From IMG/VR virus record IMGVR_UViG_3300042291_000957, positions 1 through 64,000 of that record: DNA of 64,000 nucleotides. The stretch is one strand, 5' to 3'. Position numbers and translations under genes: made by a program. The notes under the pieces are model-generated. The model worked only from the letters and a program-made list of their open reading frames with translations. It was not told where the DNA came from and ran no database searches. Of the stretch, positions 47,676-57,440 are shown in pieces. The DNA is from a virus. The first letter of the stretch is position 1. Every line of letters begins with the position of its first letter.

Positions 47676-48463
47676 TGTGTTAATAGTTCCATTGCTTTGC
47701 CGTTTTTTAATTCGTTGTTGTGAAACTGCCCGTAGGCTAGATGACAGGCCCAGGCATATAATTTATCTTGATCAGGGTAGTAAGGAGTTTGGATCTTACT
47801 GATATCTTGAAGACTTACTGGACTTGCTGCATTTGTGGGAGCAAGAGTAAATGCTGGAATACCATGAAATATACTTTCTATTGCTGCAACACTGTTGAAT
47901 GTTACTAGAGCAAATACATCATTATCAAGCGCCTGCTGTAATGTGTCTGTGACAATTCTATCTATTCTTTTAGGTGCTCGCTCTCTAACTATTACTGGTC
48001 TATCAGTGTGTTCTTTGATTTTTGCAACAGTTTCATGAACCCATTGATCCTTAGTAACTCCGTAGAATTTGCAAGGTTTTTCGTCTGGCGCTGCAACCAG
48101 TATCTTTCTGCCGTCTTTTTTCCAGGGACGAAAAGTTTTATTAAATTTTTTAAAACGATCGTCTGGTCGCGAAATAATCTCACTGTGTTGTAGATCGTTT
48201 TTTACTATGCGATGCCAAAGTTTCCAACCGTTAGGATTAGATGCAGTTCTCTCATTGCCAAAATATCCCGTGTCCATATAATAAAATGTGCGGCCGTCTT
48301 TCCAACAACGTTTCATTATTTTGTGTTTAAGAATTCCTCTTAAAATAATTGGATCTTGAGAATCTGTATAAACAAAATCTTCTGTTGACACTGGTACAGT
48401 TTTGCATCCCGAGGCAAACAAGTTAATGTATTCGTCCTCACCTTCTTTACTTAGAAAAATCAT
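47672..48463 (-). CDS. KpsS/KpsC-like glycosyltransferase paralog
   Basis: YMDTGYFGN, FNSVAAIESIFHGIP, YGQF...E. Confidence 0.65.
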   Translation of the reverse strand: MIFLSKEGEDEYINLFASGCKTVPVSTEDFVYTDSQDPIILRGILKHKIMKRCWKDGRTFYYMDTGYFGNERTASNPNGWKLWHRIVKNDLQHSEIISRPDDRFKKFNKTFRPWKKDGRKILVAAPDEKPCKFYGVTKDQWVHETVAKIKEHTDRPVIVRERAPKRIDRIVTDTLQQALDNDVFALVTFNSVAAIESIFHGIPAFTLAPTNAASPVSLQDISKIQTPYYPDQDKLYAWACHLAYGQFHNNELKNGKAMELLTQ

Positions 48464-49137
48464 AGATTGCGTTGTAGACAGTAATCTGTATAAATGCGTT
48501 CACGGTGCCATTCATCTCCCATAGGAGTTGTAGCAAAGTCGTGAAAACTTGGAGTACCTAAGGTGTAGTGTAACAGCTTTGCATCTTGATTTGCGCCGAA
48601 CTCATCAGGCAACCAGTTCCATACTTTAGGTAATTCTCCAACCAATTCATCAGCAAGCCAAGTAAATCTATGAAGTTGAGCGCCTGTGGCAGTTTCAATA
48701 AATTCAGGTGTTACTACTTTATTTGCGGAATGACCGCAATTCCAAAGAATAACACTTGACCAATTCTTTCGAGGATAATTTTCGTTTTTAGCACCGAGGT
48801 ACTTTTCTGTCATTTTAGTTTTGTAGTCGTGTTTAACTACCATTACTGCTTTGCTGTCGTCTCGAAGAGCCCATAACTTTTCAATATCATCTCTAACTAG
48901 CATGTCGCCATCCATAAAGATTGCCCAGCCTTTATATTCCATTAGGTGTGGAACTAAGAAGCGACTGTATATAAACTGATTACTACCGTCGGTATGTGTT
49001 TCTTGATAATCTTGCATATTTGTTAACGCAAGTGGTGTAAACGAAATTGGTTTACTAGAATGTCTAATAATACTGTTGGCACATACATGGTATGCTATTG
49101 CTTCTCTATGGTCATAACCGATAAAAATATTAATCAT
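48460..49137 (-). CDS. GT-A glycosyltransferase (GT8-like)
   Basis: IFIGYD, SRFLVP, FMDGD, YPRKNWSS, HYTLGTP. Confidence 0.8.
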   Translation of the reverse strand: MINIFIGYDHREAIAYHVCANSIIRHSSKPISFTPLALTNMQDYQETHTDGSNQFIYSRFLVPHLMEYKGWAIFMDGDMLVRDDIEKLWALRDDSKAVMVVKHDYKTKMTEKYLGAKNENYPRKNWSSVILWNCGHSANKVVTPEFIETATGAQLHRFTWLADELVGELPKVWNWLPDEFGANQDAKLLHYTLGTPSFHDFATTPMGDEWHRERIYTDYCLQRNL

Positions 49138-49898
49138 TTTCTTTCTATGTCCTCTTCTACACAGTTTTCACCATATTGAATTTCAATAACTCGCAAGGGT
49201 TGATCTGTCTCATTACATAACTTATGCCATTGAGTTTTATTGATATGTATGTGTTGATGCTGTGTATATTCACCTAATAAATCCATGTCTGAGCTTTGAT
49301 CTATTGTATAGACTGTAGCTATGCCTTCAGCTACAAACCAATGTTCTGCACGGTCTTGGTGACGTTGCATACTGAGACAAGTTTTAGGATTGACTGTTAG
49401 TTCTTTGAGTTTAACATGATTGCCAACTTCATGTAGTACTCGATAGTACCCCCAGGCTCTACCAGTTTTAGGTGCTTTCCATTCTTGAAGAATCCACGAA
49501 CTAGAATTCTTTTTATCTTCACCACCCACACCAAACACAAATTCTAGGTTGTTGTCTTGAATATCCATTTCTGGAATATTCTTATCTGTTCTATCGCCAC
49601 CGTTGGCAAAGATGATTGTATCTTCTGGAAAATCTTTTCTAACTTCTAGTATAGCACCTTTTGATGAGCCGTCGGCATCGTCAAAATCATAAACAATACC
49701 GTCTACGCATTTAATATTGTCTACGATATATGATCGTTCAGAAAAAGGCATAAAGGCTGCACCTTTTTTACGAACAAGCCATTCATCGGAATTGAGCCCT
49801 ACAAGGAGTATGTCTCCTAGTTCTTTGGCTGCTTGGAAGTAGGCAATGTGCCCGGAATGTAGAGGATCAAATCCACCTGTGACTAATATTATTTTCAT
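49134..49898 (-). CDS. cytidylyltransferase fused to a mannose-6-phosphate-isomerase-type cupin
   Basis: GGFDPLHSGH (HxGH), NGGDR; C-terminal WG.Y..L, SMQRH..RAEHW, IEIQYG. Confidence 0.85.
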   Translation of the reverse strand: MKIILVTGGFDPLHSGHIAYFQAAKELGDILLVGLNSDEWLVRKKGAAFMPFSERSYIVDNIKCVDGIVYDFDDADGSSKGAILEVRKDFPEDTIIFANGGDRTDKNIPEMDIQDNNLEFVFGVGGEDKKNSSSWILQEWKAPKTGRAWGYYRVLHEVGNHVKLKELTVNPKTCLSMQRHQDRAEHWFVAEGIATVYTIDQSSDMDLLGEYTQHQHIHINKTQWHKLCNETDQPLRVIEIQYGENCVEEDIERK

Positions 49899-49931
49899 GC
49901 AGATATTTATCTGCGTATATAATGAACTAGT

Positions 49932-50387
49932 TCAAAGAGTGGCGTCTTCTAACCCGGCTGTGCGTAGTTTTACAATATTGCTTAATTGCCACTGCTTTAT
50001 ATCTAGAGCCTTGATAATGCCCAACCATTTATTTCTAAGTAGGGCGAAATCGTTAATAATCTTTTCGAAATCTACAACGTCAGCTTCGCCTTCGACAAAC
50101 TTTTCACAGTCTCTACTGCTTAACTGACGTTGATAGGTTTCAAGATACTTGCGAAAGTGTTGACTACGAAGTCTACGAAGTTCAATATTGAGATATTCTA
50201 AAATACCTTCAATTTCTTGAAGTTGGTTAAATCGATTTTCTACAATGCCGGGCATCTGCGCAGAGGCTTTTTCAATGTTACCTGCTACACGGACATCTTG
50301 TTTTGCATGAATTAATTCAGCTTCATAATAGGCCACAGCATCCGGAATATTTGAAATATCTTTAGAAACACGATCGTACCAATTCAT
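49932..50387 (-). CDS. uvsY: UvsY-like recombination mediator
   Basis: helical 151 aa near uvsX; C-terminal ALDIKQWQLSNIVK pattern. Confidence 0.7.
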   Translation of the reverse strand: MNWYDRVSKDISNIPDAVAYYEAELIHAKQDVRVAGNIEKASAQMPGIVENRFNQLQEIEGILEYLNIELRRLRSQHFRKYLETYQRQLSSRDCEKFVEGEADVVDFEKIINDFALLRNKWLGIIKALDIKQWQLSNIVKLRTAGLEDATL

Positions 50388-50618
50388 TTATTCCTCATCT
50401 TCGTAGCTATCTTCATCCTCAATTTCTTCACCATCGATGACATAGTTAATTGCATCATCAAGATATGAGTCAACTCCTTTGAGACTGTCAAGCACACTTT
50501 CTTTAATACCATAATCCATTAGTGTATTAACAAAATCTGCTGCCACATCTTTGCGATGTTTCTCTGGTATGTGTTCTAATACCAATGTCCAAATATCTGC
50601 AATTAAATCTTCTTTCAT
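50388..50618 (-). CDS. acidic hypothetical protein
   Basis: between uvsX and uvsY. Confidence 0.7.
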   Translation of the reverse strand: MKEDLIADIWTLVLEHIPEKHRKDVAADFVNTLMDYGIKESVLDSLKGVDSYLDDAINYVIDGEEIEDEDSYEDEE

Positions 50619-51694
50619 TCGGTGACCTCCAAGTCTGGTTCAACTGTAGTAGTTATCTCAGAAGTGGAAATTTCACCGTGTTTAGAAATGTCTGCCATTG
50701 CAATGTCTAGGCCGTCTTTCTCATTCTTTTCCCAAGCCTTGCGGAACTGTTTGATGATCTCACCGTCTTTGGTTGTGTAGACAAGGCTGTTACCTTCTTT
50801 CTTGAGCATGCCTTTAGCTTCGAACAGGTCGACTAATCCACTATATGGACTCATACCTGTTTCATAAGGAATCTCAACCTGTACACTTTCAAACGGCTTT
50901 GCATAACGAGTTTTCATAATCTTACAGGCTGCACGAATACCCTGTACGGTTGTGGTCTTATTGCCGTCTGCATCAAGTTTCAATTTCAACTTACGCATGG
51001 CAACAACGATTGAACTTGCGTAGATAAAACCTTGACCACCACTAATCTTGTCATCCGGATCAAACATGTCTTGACTTGCGTATGTGTGATTGGTACATAC
51101 CATACCAATATTGTAGGCGCCGAACATATTAACACAGTTGCGAACCAGTGCTGTCAGTGCCTTAGGCTTACGGCCCATGTCACCTTTCATGTCGCCTGCT
51201 TGAAACTGATTAACGTCTGTAGGAGTCAACAACATACCTAACGAATCAATAATGAACAAGATCTTAGGACGATCTGCTTCATCCATAGTTTTATATTCTG
51301 CAATAAACTCTGTAATAGTCTTTGCCACGTCATCAATCATAGCCATATTAAGTTTTAACAACTTATCTGGACTTGTGTCAACGCCAAGAGCGTGTAACCA
51401 TTTTTCGTCAAGTGCGTTTTCTGTATCGATTAAGATAGGATAAATGCCTGCTTTCTGTGCGTTTGCTACAAGATTGCCTGAACAGATAAATGATTTACCT
51501 GCACCACTTTCTCCTGCAAACACAGTTACCTTGCCTAACGGAATACCACGATCAAAATATCCGCTGATAAGATAGTTTAATGCGTAGTTGTTTGTACTGA
51601 CCCAGTCAGTTGGGTCGTTGAAGCCAATACTTAAACCGTCGATAGATTTAGTAATTGACTTTCTAAATTTAGAAATATCAAATGCTTTTGCCAT
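50615..51694 (-). CDS. uvsX: UvsX/RecA-like recombinase
   Basis: AGESGAGKS, DTENA, IIDSLG, NHTY, SGG, KTR. Confidence 0.92.
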   Translation of the reverse strand: MAKAFDISKFRKSITKSIDGLSIGFNDPTDWVSTNNYALNYLISGYFDRGIPLGKVTVFAGESGAGKSFICSGNLVANAQKAGIYPILIDTENALDEKWLHALGVDTSPDKLLKLNMAMIDDVAKTITEFIAEYKTMDEADRPKILFIIDSLGMLLTPTDVNQFQAGDMKGDMGRKPKALTALVRNCVNMFGAYNIGMVCTNHTYASQDMFDPDDKISGGQGFIYASSIVVAMRKLKLKLDADGNKTTTVQGIRAACKIMKTRYAKPFESVQVEIPYETGMSPYSGLVDLFEAKGMLKKEGNSLVYTTKDGEIIKQFRKAWEKNEKDGLDIAMADISKHGEISTSEITTTVEPDLEVTE

Positions 51695-51758
51695 ATTATT
51701 TTTTTTGCCCTGTTGAGAAATAGAGTGTGAGTTGCCCCACACTCTATGTTTAGTCTAA

Positions 51759-52754
51759 TTACTTTTGACGATTGCGAATCATGGCAAGGATGTCTTGCGC
51801 ACGACTTGCACTTTCACCAGTAGGTGCTGCTGGTGCTGCCTTCACTGCCGGAGTAGCAGGTTCTTCCCAAGGAGCATCTTCTTCAACTGCTGAAGCGGCT
51901 ACTGGAGCGGCCACTGCGGCACGTGGTGCGGCAGATTTATTAGGATCACCTGTTGCTTGACCCATTCCAGCTGGTTTGAAGTACTGACCCCAACGTTCCA
52001 TATCATATGCTTCACCGTCAACTGACGCTTCAAACATTTCCTTCATAACCTTAAGCTCAACATCTGTTGGCTTCTTAGGTAGGAAGTCGCTTAGATTGTG
52101 TAATCCAAACTGTTCAATTGCTGCCTTGTCGGCGTCGGAAATAGCACGTTCACGACGGCTCCACTTTGATGTAGAGTAGTCAGCAAATCCGCCTTTGCTG
52201 GTCTTAGCAATACGGAAGTCAACACCACGCATAAAGTCAGTTGGCAATTCTTCCAACTCTGGATCCATCAATGCTGAACGGATAATTTGATAGATTTGAG
52301 GACCGATGATAAATCTACGAATTGGATTTTCTGGTGTCTTATCTTCCTTAATAGGATCTTCAACAACAAAGCCTTGGAAAATGTACGAACGCTTTTTCCA
52401 ATACTTACGCCCCATTTCTTCTAGAGCTTTGTCTTTAAACCAGCCACGAACTTCTGTAAGAATTGGACAGGCCGTACCGTCATTGTACATTTCTACACAA
52501 GGAACCTGTACCTGCACAGCTCGTGAATCTGTTTCGCCTTTGATACCTGCAAACGGCAATTTGATCATTGCACGTTCTACCCAAAAGAATGTATTGGCAG
52601 AGTTGCCGTCTGGTAGTAAGCGAATTACTGCTTCCTTACCTTCCTGCATATTCCAATGTGGGTAAATTGCGTTGTCTCCACCGCCGGTGGATTGTCCTGT
52701 GGACTTTGATTGTGCTTCTTGAAGTTTCGCACGAATTTCTGCTAATGTTGCCAT
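51759..52754 (-). CDS. gp32: T4 gp32-like single-stranded DNA-binding protein
   Basis: IRLLP, Cys pair, YWKKRSY, ADYSTSKW; adjacent to uvsX. Confidence 0.85.
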   Translation of the reverse strand: MATLAEIRAKLQEAQSKSTGQSTGGGDNAIYPHWNMQEGKEAVIRLLPDGNSANTFFWVERAMIKLPFAGIKGETDSRAVQVQVPCVEMYNDGTACPILTEVRGWFKDKALEEMGRKYWKKRSYIFQGFVVEDPIKEDKTPENPIRRFIIGPQIYQIIRSALMDPELEELPTDFMRGVDFRIAKTSKGGFADYSTSKWSRRERAISDADKAAIEQFGLHNLSDFLPKKPTDVELKVMKEMFEASVDGEAYDMERWGQYFKPAGMGQATGDPNKSAAPRAAVAAPVAASAVEEDAPWEEPATPAVKAAPAAPTGESASRAQDILAMIRNRQK

Positions 52755-53068
52755 TTTAAATGCCTCCTATGTTATGCCTAAAATGTTTATATGCCTTATG
52801 CACATATGTTATTATGCGCTTTTTATTTAGCAAGGTCAATGATTTTTTGTTTATTTTTGATTTTATTTTGCCAATAAAAAAGCCCAGGGCTTAACCGTGA
52901 GCTTTTCTATATTTGGCCAATGCCATTTGTCTAGCTAGCCATAATCTAAACTTTACATAGTCTGATAGGTCATCATCTTCAACTAACTTACCAAACTCTG
53001 CGCTTCGTCGATTACGGCCATAAGTGATCTCATCATCAAGGACAAGATCACTATCTTCTAAATCAAAT

Positions 53069-53287
53069 TTACTTCGCTGGAACAGCGGCTGGCTTTGCGT
53101 CTGCTTTAGGTGCGTCTTTCTTAGCACTGTCACTTTTTGCAGGCTTTTTCTCTTCCTTCTTAACTTCAGCCTTGGCAGGTGCTGTTGCAACCGGGGCTGC
53201 TGGCTTGGCTTCTTCTTTCTTGGCAGGTGCTTGTGCAAATGCTGATACTGCGAACACGGTAGCGAGGATTGCGATTACTGATTTCAT
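53069..53287 (-). CDS. small secreted Ala/Lys/Pro-rich protein
   Basis: signal peptide MKSVIAILATVFAVSAFA, low-complexity PAK repeats, RBS AAGGA. Confidence 0.75.
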   Translation of the reverse strand: MKSVIAILATVFAVSAFAQAPAKKEEAKPAAPVATAPAKAEVKKEEKKPAKSDSAKKDAPKADAKPAAVPAK

Positions 53288-53421
53288 TTTAAAGTTTCCT
53301 TTGGTTATGTAGGAATTTCTACCCCTACATATATATAACGCGGTAGCCTATGAACTCGTTGACAAGCAATTTAGCCAAAAAGAAAGGGCACCTAAGTGCC
53401 CGATCTAGTTGATATTATATC

Positions 53422-55416
53422 TTAATAGCCTGCAAGTTCTCTAATACGAGCAAGTTCTGCAATCTGCGGATCTTGCTGTTGTGGAGCCATTCTTTCTACC
53501 ATTTTGCGAGCAACCATTTCTGCCTGTTCGCCAAACTTCTTGCCTACCATAATAGCAACGCCTTCTGGGCCTTTAGGGAATGTGCCTGATTCACGATCAT
53601 AAAATGTATGAACAAATTCTGCTAACTCTTGAACATTCATTTTAGACTGCATGCCTCGTTGTGCTAATGCTTTAGCACTATCTTGACCTGTTCGGTTCGG
53701 ATTGTTGGGCTTTTTAAAATTTGACTTTTCATCATCTGCATCCCAAGGAGGAGAATTGTCATCGTCGTCTTTTTTAGACGGTTCAGTGTCAGCTTCTCCC
53801 ATACCTAGTTCTTGTTTTCTACGTGCTAGACCAGCGGAGCTAGTTGGCGATTTTGTTTTCTCGTCATCTATATCCTTGGTGCTCATTTTCCAATCATCGT
53901 CGCCTTTGGCTTTTCTCATAAAAGCAGGAACATCACTTTTATTTGGACCATCGGATCCTTCTTGTGGTGCTTCTGGCGCTGTTATATCACCCCCTTGGTC
54001 AGTCGCCGGCGCTTCACCTTCTGGCGGAACAAAATCTCCAAAGTCTAGTTGTTCTAGAGTATCCGGCGCATTTTGTTCTAACCATTCTTTTACTAGACCC
54101 CTTACACAACTGTCCGGGTCTTGTTTTGATTGTTCTTTTATTTCTTGAAATAATTGTGGATCTTCAATTATGCCTTTTAGGCTTTCAATAGCATTTGTGC
54201 CATCGACACCTGCTGGAAAATGTTGTCCTACTAATTCTTGTAATTCTTTTATGGCTGCTGATTTTTCTTCTTCATCTTCGCTGGAAATTGCCGAAGCTTC
54301 TCCTAGCCCCATTGCCCAAGTTTCAAATCTAGCAAATGGATCGTTGTAATTTACACTAACCTCGTTTTCTACTACGTCTGGTTGTGTCATTTCGACTATG
54401 TCGTCATAGCCTATTTCGCTTTCTTTCATTAGTCTATATAGAACAGGAAATACTGATTTGATATCTTCTTTGAAATTTCTTACTGTGAATTGATCTGTGT
54501 ACTGTTCTACTACGTCTTGTGGAATCTCTACGGGTTCCATTGCCTGGAAATTTTCTTTGTATGCCTCGTAATGACCTTGTTTGGCCAGTGCTTTGATTTG
54601 TTCTCTTAGACCATTTAGATACTGCGACGATCTTTCTACAATAGAGTTGTTCATTGAATTCATTAGGTCATTGCGCACGACATAACTTTCAAAACTTTTT
54701 AGTTGCGCAATTTCTTCACTCATACCTACAATACTTTTTCCAAGGTCATCGTAAGGTAATCCACCATTGGCCACGTGACGTTGCATTGCACGAGCGCCAG
54801 CTAGATGGATAAAGGGATATTTGAATCTTTCACCGTCTTGATTTTCCACAAACAATGCGCCGATGTTTCTTGTTCTACTACCAGGGGCAGTGTCGTCCAT
54901 AACTGCTTTGCTGTGTTTGATGATTAGACGTGTGTCCATTAATTTTTGGAAGCTGACGTTCTTGCTGCCATACATTGCGCTTTCGCTCATAATTGATTCT
55001 CCAACAGTGGGGGATGTATTTGGTTGTGATTGTTTGGGCGTATTATACTGACTTAGAAATGCAAAGTCTCTACGATCTAAATTGTCTTTGGCAATATCTC
55101 TAGTATCAAAGCTCATCAATCTTCTTTTTGCAAATAACCGTAATTCTTTTAGAAATCCATACCATCCTTCTTTCTGGGTGGTGTCCATGCTTTCTGTAAT
55201 ACCTGTACTAAAATAAACTTTGATAGAATTATTTTCAGCAAGACTAATACTTACATGGCCAATTGCCGCTTCACCGTCTTTGTAATCAAAATCAAAGAAT
55301 CTTGCTTCTTCGGGATTGATAGTGATAGCACCGGTATCATTTCCTAATTTTAGGCCAGAAAATCTACTACGTATTTTGTAGAATAGATCAGTGGCAATGT
55401 TGTTTGTTGCATCCAT
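53422..55416 (-). CDS. large acidic hypothetical protein (probable virion protein)
   Basis: TAAATA-N5-ATG late start; ends RIRELAGY. Confidence 0.75.
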   Translation of the reverse strand: MDATNNIATDLFYKIRSRFSGLKLGNDTGAITINPEEARFFDFDYKDGEAAIGHVSISLAENNSIKVYFSTGITESMDTTQKEGWYGFLKELRLFAKRRLMSFDTRDIAKDNLDRRDFAFLSQYNTPKQSQPNTSPTVGESIMSESAMYGSKNVSFQKLMDTRLIIKHSKAVMDDTAPGSRTRNIGALFVENQDGERFKYPFIHLAGARAMQRHVANGGLPYDDLGKSIVGMSEEIAQLKSFESYVVRNDLMNSMNNSIVERSSQYLNGLREQIKALAKQGHYEAYKENFQAMEPVEIPQDVVEQYTDQFTVRNFKEDIKSVFPVLYRLMKESEIGYDDIVEMTQPDVVENEVSVNYNDPFARFETWAMGLGEASAISSEDEEEKSAAIKELQELVGQHFPAGVDGTNAIESLKGIIEDPQLFQEIKEQSKQDPDSCVRGLVKEWLEQNAPDTLEQLDFGDFVPPEGEAPATDQGGDITAPEAPQEGSDGPNKSDVPAFMRKAKGDDDWKMSTKDIDDEKTKSPTSSAGLARRKQELGMGEADTEPSKKDDDDNSPPWDADDEKSNFKKPNNPNRTGQDSAKALAQRGMQSKMNVQELAEFVHTFYDRESGTFPKGPEGVAIMVGKKFGEQAEMVARKMVERMAPQQQDPQIAELARIRELAGY

Positions 55417-55427
55417 AGTTATATTTA

Positions 55428-57017
55428 TCAAAACCCGCTACTGACAAAGATCGGCATTGGCATTTGATCTTCTGTGAGTTTTTCTGTCATTTTTTCGTAG
55501 ATTTTAGGATCCCAATCGCTGAGAATAGTGGCCATACGCAGTATTAGTAATGTTGCACTCACAAGATCGTCGTGTTCTCCGGTCTTGGCTCCAAATCCTA
55601 CTCCGTGAGCTACAAAAGTTTTTAATTCGGAAATCAAAGGCTTACTATTGATCTTCATCTTTTGTGTTTCTAGCATATGCTTGAGCTGACTGCAGGTGGT
55701 TATTTTTGTACGGTGTGTAGTGTTAAATCCCTTACGGAATTTTCGAACATGACCTTTACGTATAGGCTCACTTAGGAACAGTCCAGGAAAGTTTTCTTCA
55801 CCTATATTATTGATCACAATTAATGCAGCTTCACCTAAGGTGTTATTTTCTACACTGTAGTAGATCTGCGAACTTGCACCACCTAGTTCTGTGCTTCTGT
55901 CTTGAATATATTTGCAGACTTCTCTTAGGTGTTTTACTTGAGTTTGTATAGGAGTTAGATTGTGACGCCACTCGGCTACCTGAATCATACTAGGCATTTC
56001 AAACACCTGGATGGCAGCATAGTCTCCACCAGTACCAAGACTGGGATCTAATGATACTAGATAGGTGCATCTAGAATCAATTTCTTTATACCAACGTGTT
56101 TGGCCCATGGTCATTATGGGATCGACACCTTTAAGTTCTGCAAGTTTAACAGCATTGATCAGTGTTTCATCAAAGATTAAAAATTCGCAATCAAATTCTC
56201 TACGAAATCGCTCGTCCCCTATTTTGGCTCGTTCTGTTTGTGCCCAGGCATCGTCGCGATCAGGGTGTTCATTCCAGTGTGCAAAAAAACTGTGAAATCC
56301 GTTGGCTCCTAATGGAGTTTCATTGCCAAATTCATCAAAACGTTTTTGAGCTTCTGTCCAAATAAGTGCAAACTGATCTTCGTCTGAGTTTGGAGTTGAT
56401 GTAATAATACATTTACCACCAGTTGACAGGGTTGGTGATAATGCAGTCCAAAACTCTTTGGCTTTTTCTGGGGGTTGTACAAATGCAAACTCATCGCAAT
56501 AGATCAATGAAAGAGATTTACCACGACCTGTATTTTCTGTAGTTGTCACTGCCTGTATACGAGCGCCGTTGTCATATTCGATGGTATTTCTGTTATACGA
56601 ATAAACGCCAGCACGAATAAAGTCTGGCAAGTTTTCATAGCCGAATCGATAACGATTCATAATATCCTGCGCACCTTCATATTTGTGAGCGGCAATAAGC
56701 ACTTGTGCTTCTGGAACAAACTGTGTGTACCATAATAGGTATCCTGTGGCACAGGTAGTTTTGCCCATCTGACGAGGTAGCATACCAATAGACTGTTTAT
56801 AGTTGTGGTATGATTGAATCAATCGTTCTTGATACTCGTAGGGTACAAAAGGAATTGATCCTCGTACAGGATGTTGAATCTTTAAAAAGTTTTTACAAAA
56901 ATACAGCGGACCGTTAACAGGATCCATACAGGCTTCTAGATGCTTGACTTCCTCTAACGTGTATCGTTGAGGTGCGTGTGCTTTCTTAATTAAATTACCG
57001 TCTAGTGATTTTGCCAT
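55428..57017 (-). CDS. gp17: terminase large subunit (T4 gp17-like)
   Basis: PRQMGKTT, IYCDEFAFV, ITSTPN, LDPSLGTGGDY, HDDLV. Confidence 0.95.
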   Translation of the reverse strand: MAKSLDGNLIKKAHAPQRYTLEEVKHLEACMDPVNGPLYFCKNFLKIQHPVRGSIPFVPYEYQERLIQSYHNYKQSIGMLPRQMGKTTCATGYLLWYTQFVPEAQVLIAAHKYEGAQDIMNRYRFGYENLPDFIRAGVYSYNRNTIEYDNGARIQAVTTTENTGRGKSLSLIYCDEFAFVQPPEKAKEFWTALSPTLSTGGKCIITSTPNSDEDQFALIWTEAQKRFDEFGNETPLGANGFHSFFAHWNEHPDRDDAWAQTERAKIGDERFRREFDCEFLIFDETLINAVKLAELKGVDPIMTMGQTRWYKEIDSRCTYLVSLDPSLGTGGDYAAIQVFEMPSMIQVAEWRHNLTPIQTQVKHLREVCKYIQDRSTELGGASSQIYYSVENNTLGEAALIVINNIGEENFPGLFLSEPIRKGHVRKFRKGFNTTHRTKITTCSQLKHMLETQKMKINSKPLISELKTFVAHGVGFGAKTGEHDDLVSATLLILRMATILSDWDPKIYEKMTEKLTEDQMPMPIFVSSGF

Positions 57018-57032
57018 ACTGTTATTTACTGA

Positions 57033-57060
57033 AAAAAATAGGCTCCGAAGAGCCTATTTG
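57033..57060 (-). terminator. Rho-independent terminator
   Basis: AAAAAATAGGCTC-CGAA-GAGCCTATTT on +, giving a U-tail on -. Confidence 0.8.
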
Positions 57061-57076
57061 AGTTTATGTTGTTATA

Positions 57077-57430
57077 TTAAGCAACAGTAATACTTGTTGC
57101 TGCTGTAACGGTAGTTCCTGTAACGTCAACATCATTAGGGCCAACTACTGTACCTAGGTTTCTAATCCTAGTTTGAATATCTGCTGCTGAAAGACTTAAA
57201 TCAGTAACAATGTGTATTGTTCCTGCCGATGAATCAGTTACCAAAAACATCAAAGGATTAATTTCTTTAACAATCATTTCAACTGTTTCGTCTACAGCAT
57301 CATCTTCTGCTCTTAGATCTCGTGCGCTTGCTGCTGCATTTTTCACCGTGATTAAAAATGCATTAGCATTTAAATTATACAGGGTGGCTACGGTACAGTT
57401 GAGTCCGTTAGTTCTTGTAAATGATCCCAT
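57077..57430 (-). CDS. small probable structural protein
   Basis: Thr/Ala/Val-rich; RBS AAGGAG. Confidence 0.7.
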   Translation of the reverse strand: MGSFTRTNGLNCTVATLYNLNANAFLITVKNAAASARDLRAEDDAVDETVEMIVKEINPLMFLVTDSSAGTIHIVTDLSLSAADIQTRIRNLGTVVGPNDVDVTGTTVTAATSITVA

Positions 57431-57440
57431 TTATAGCTCC

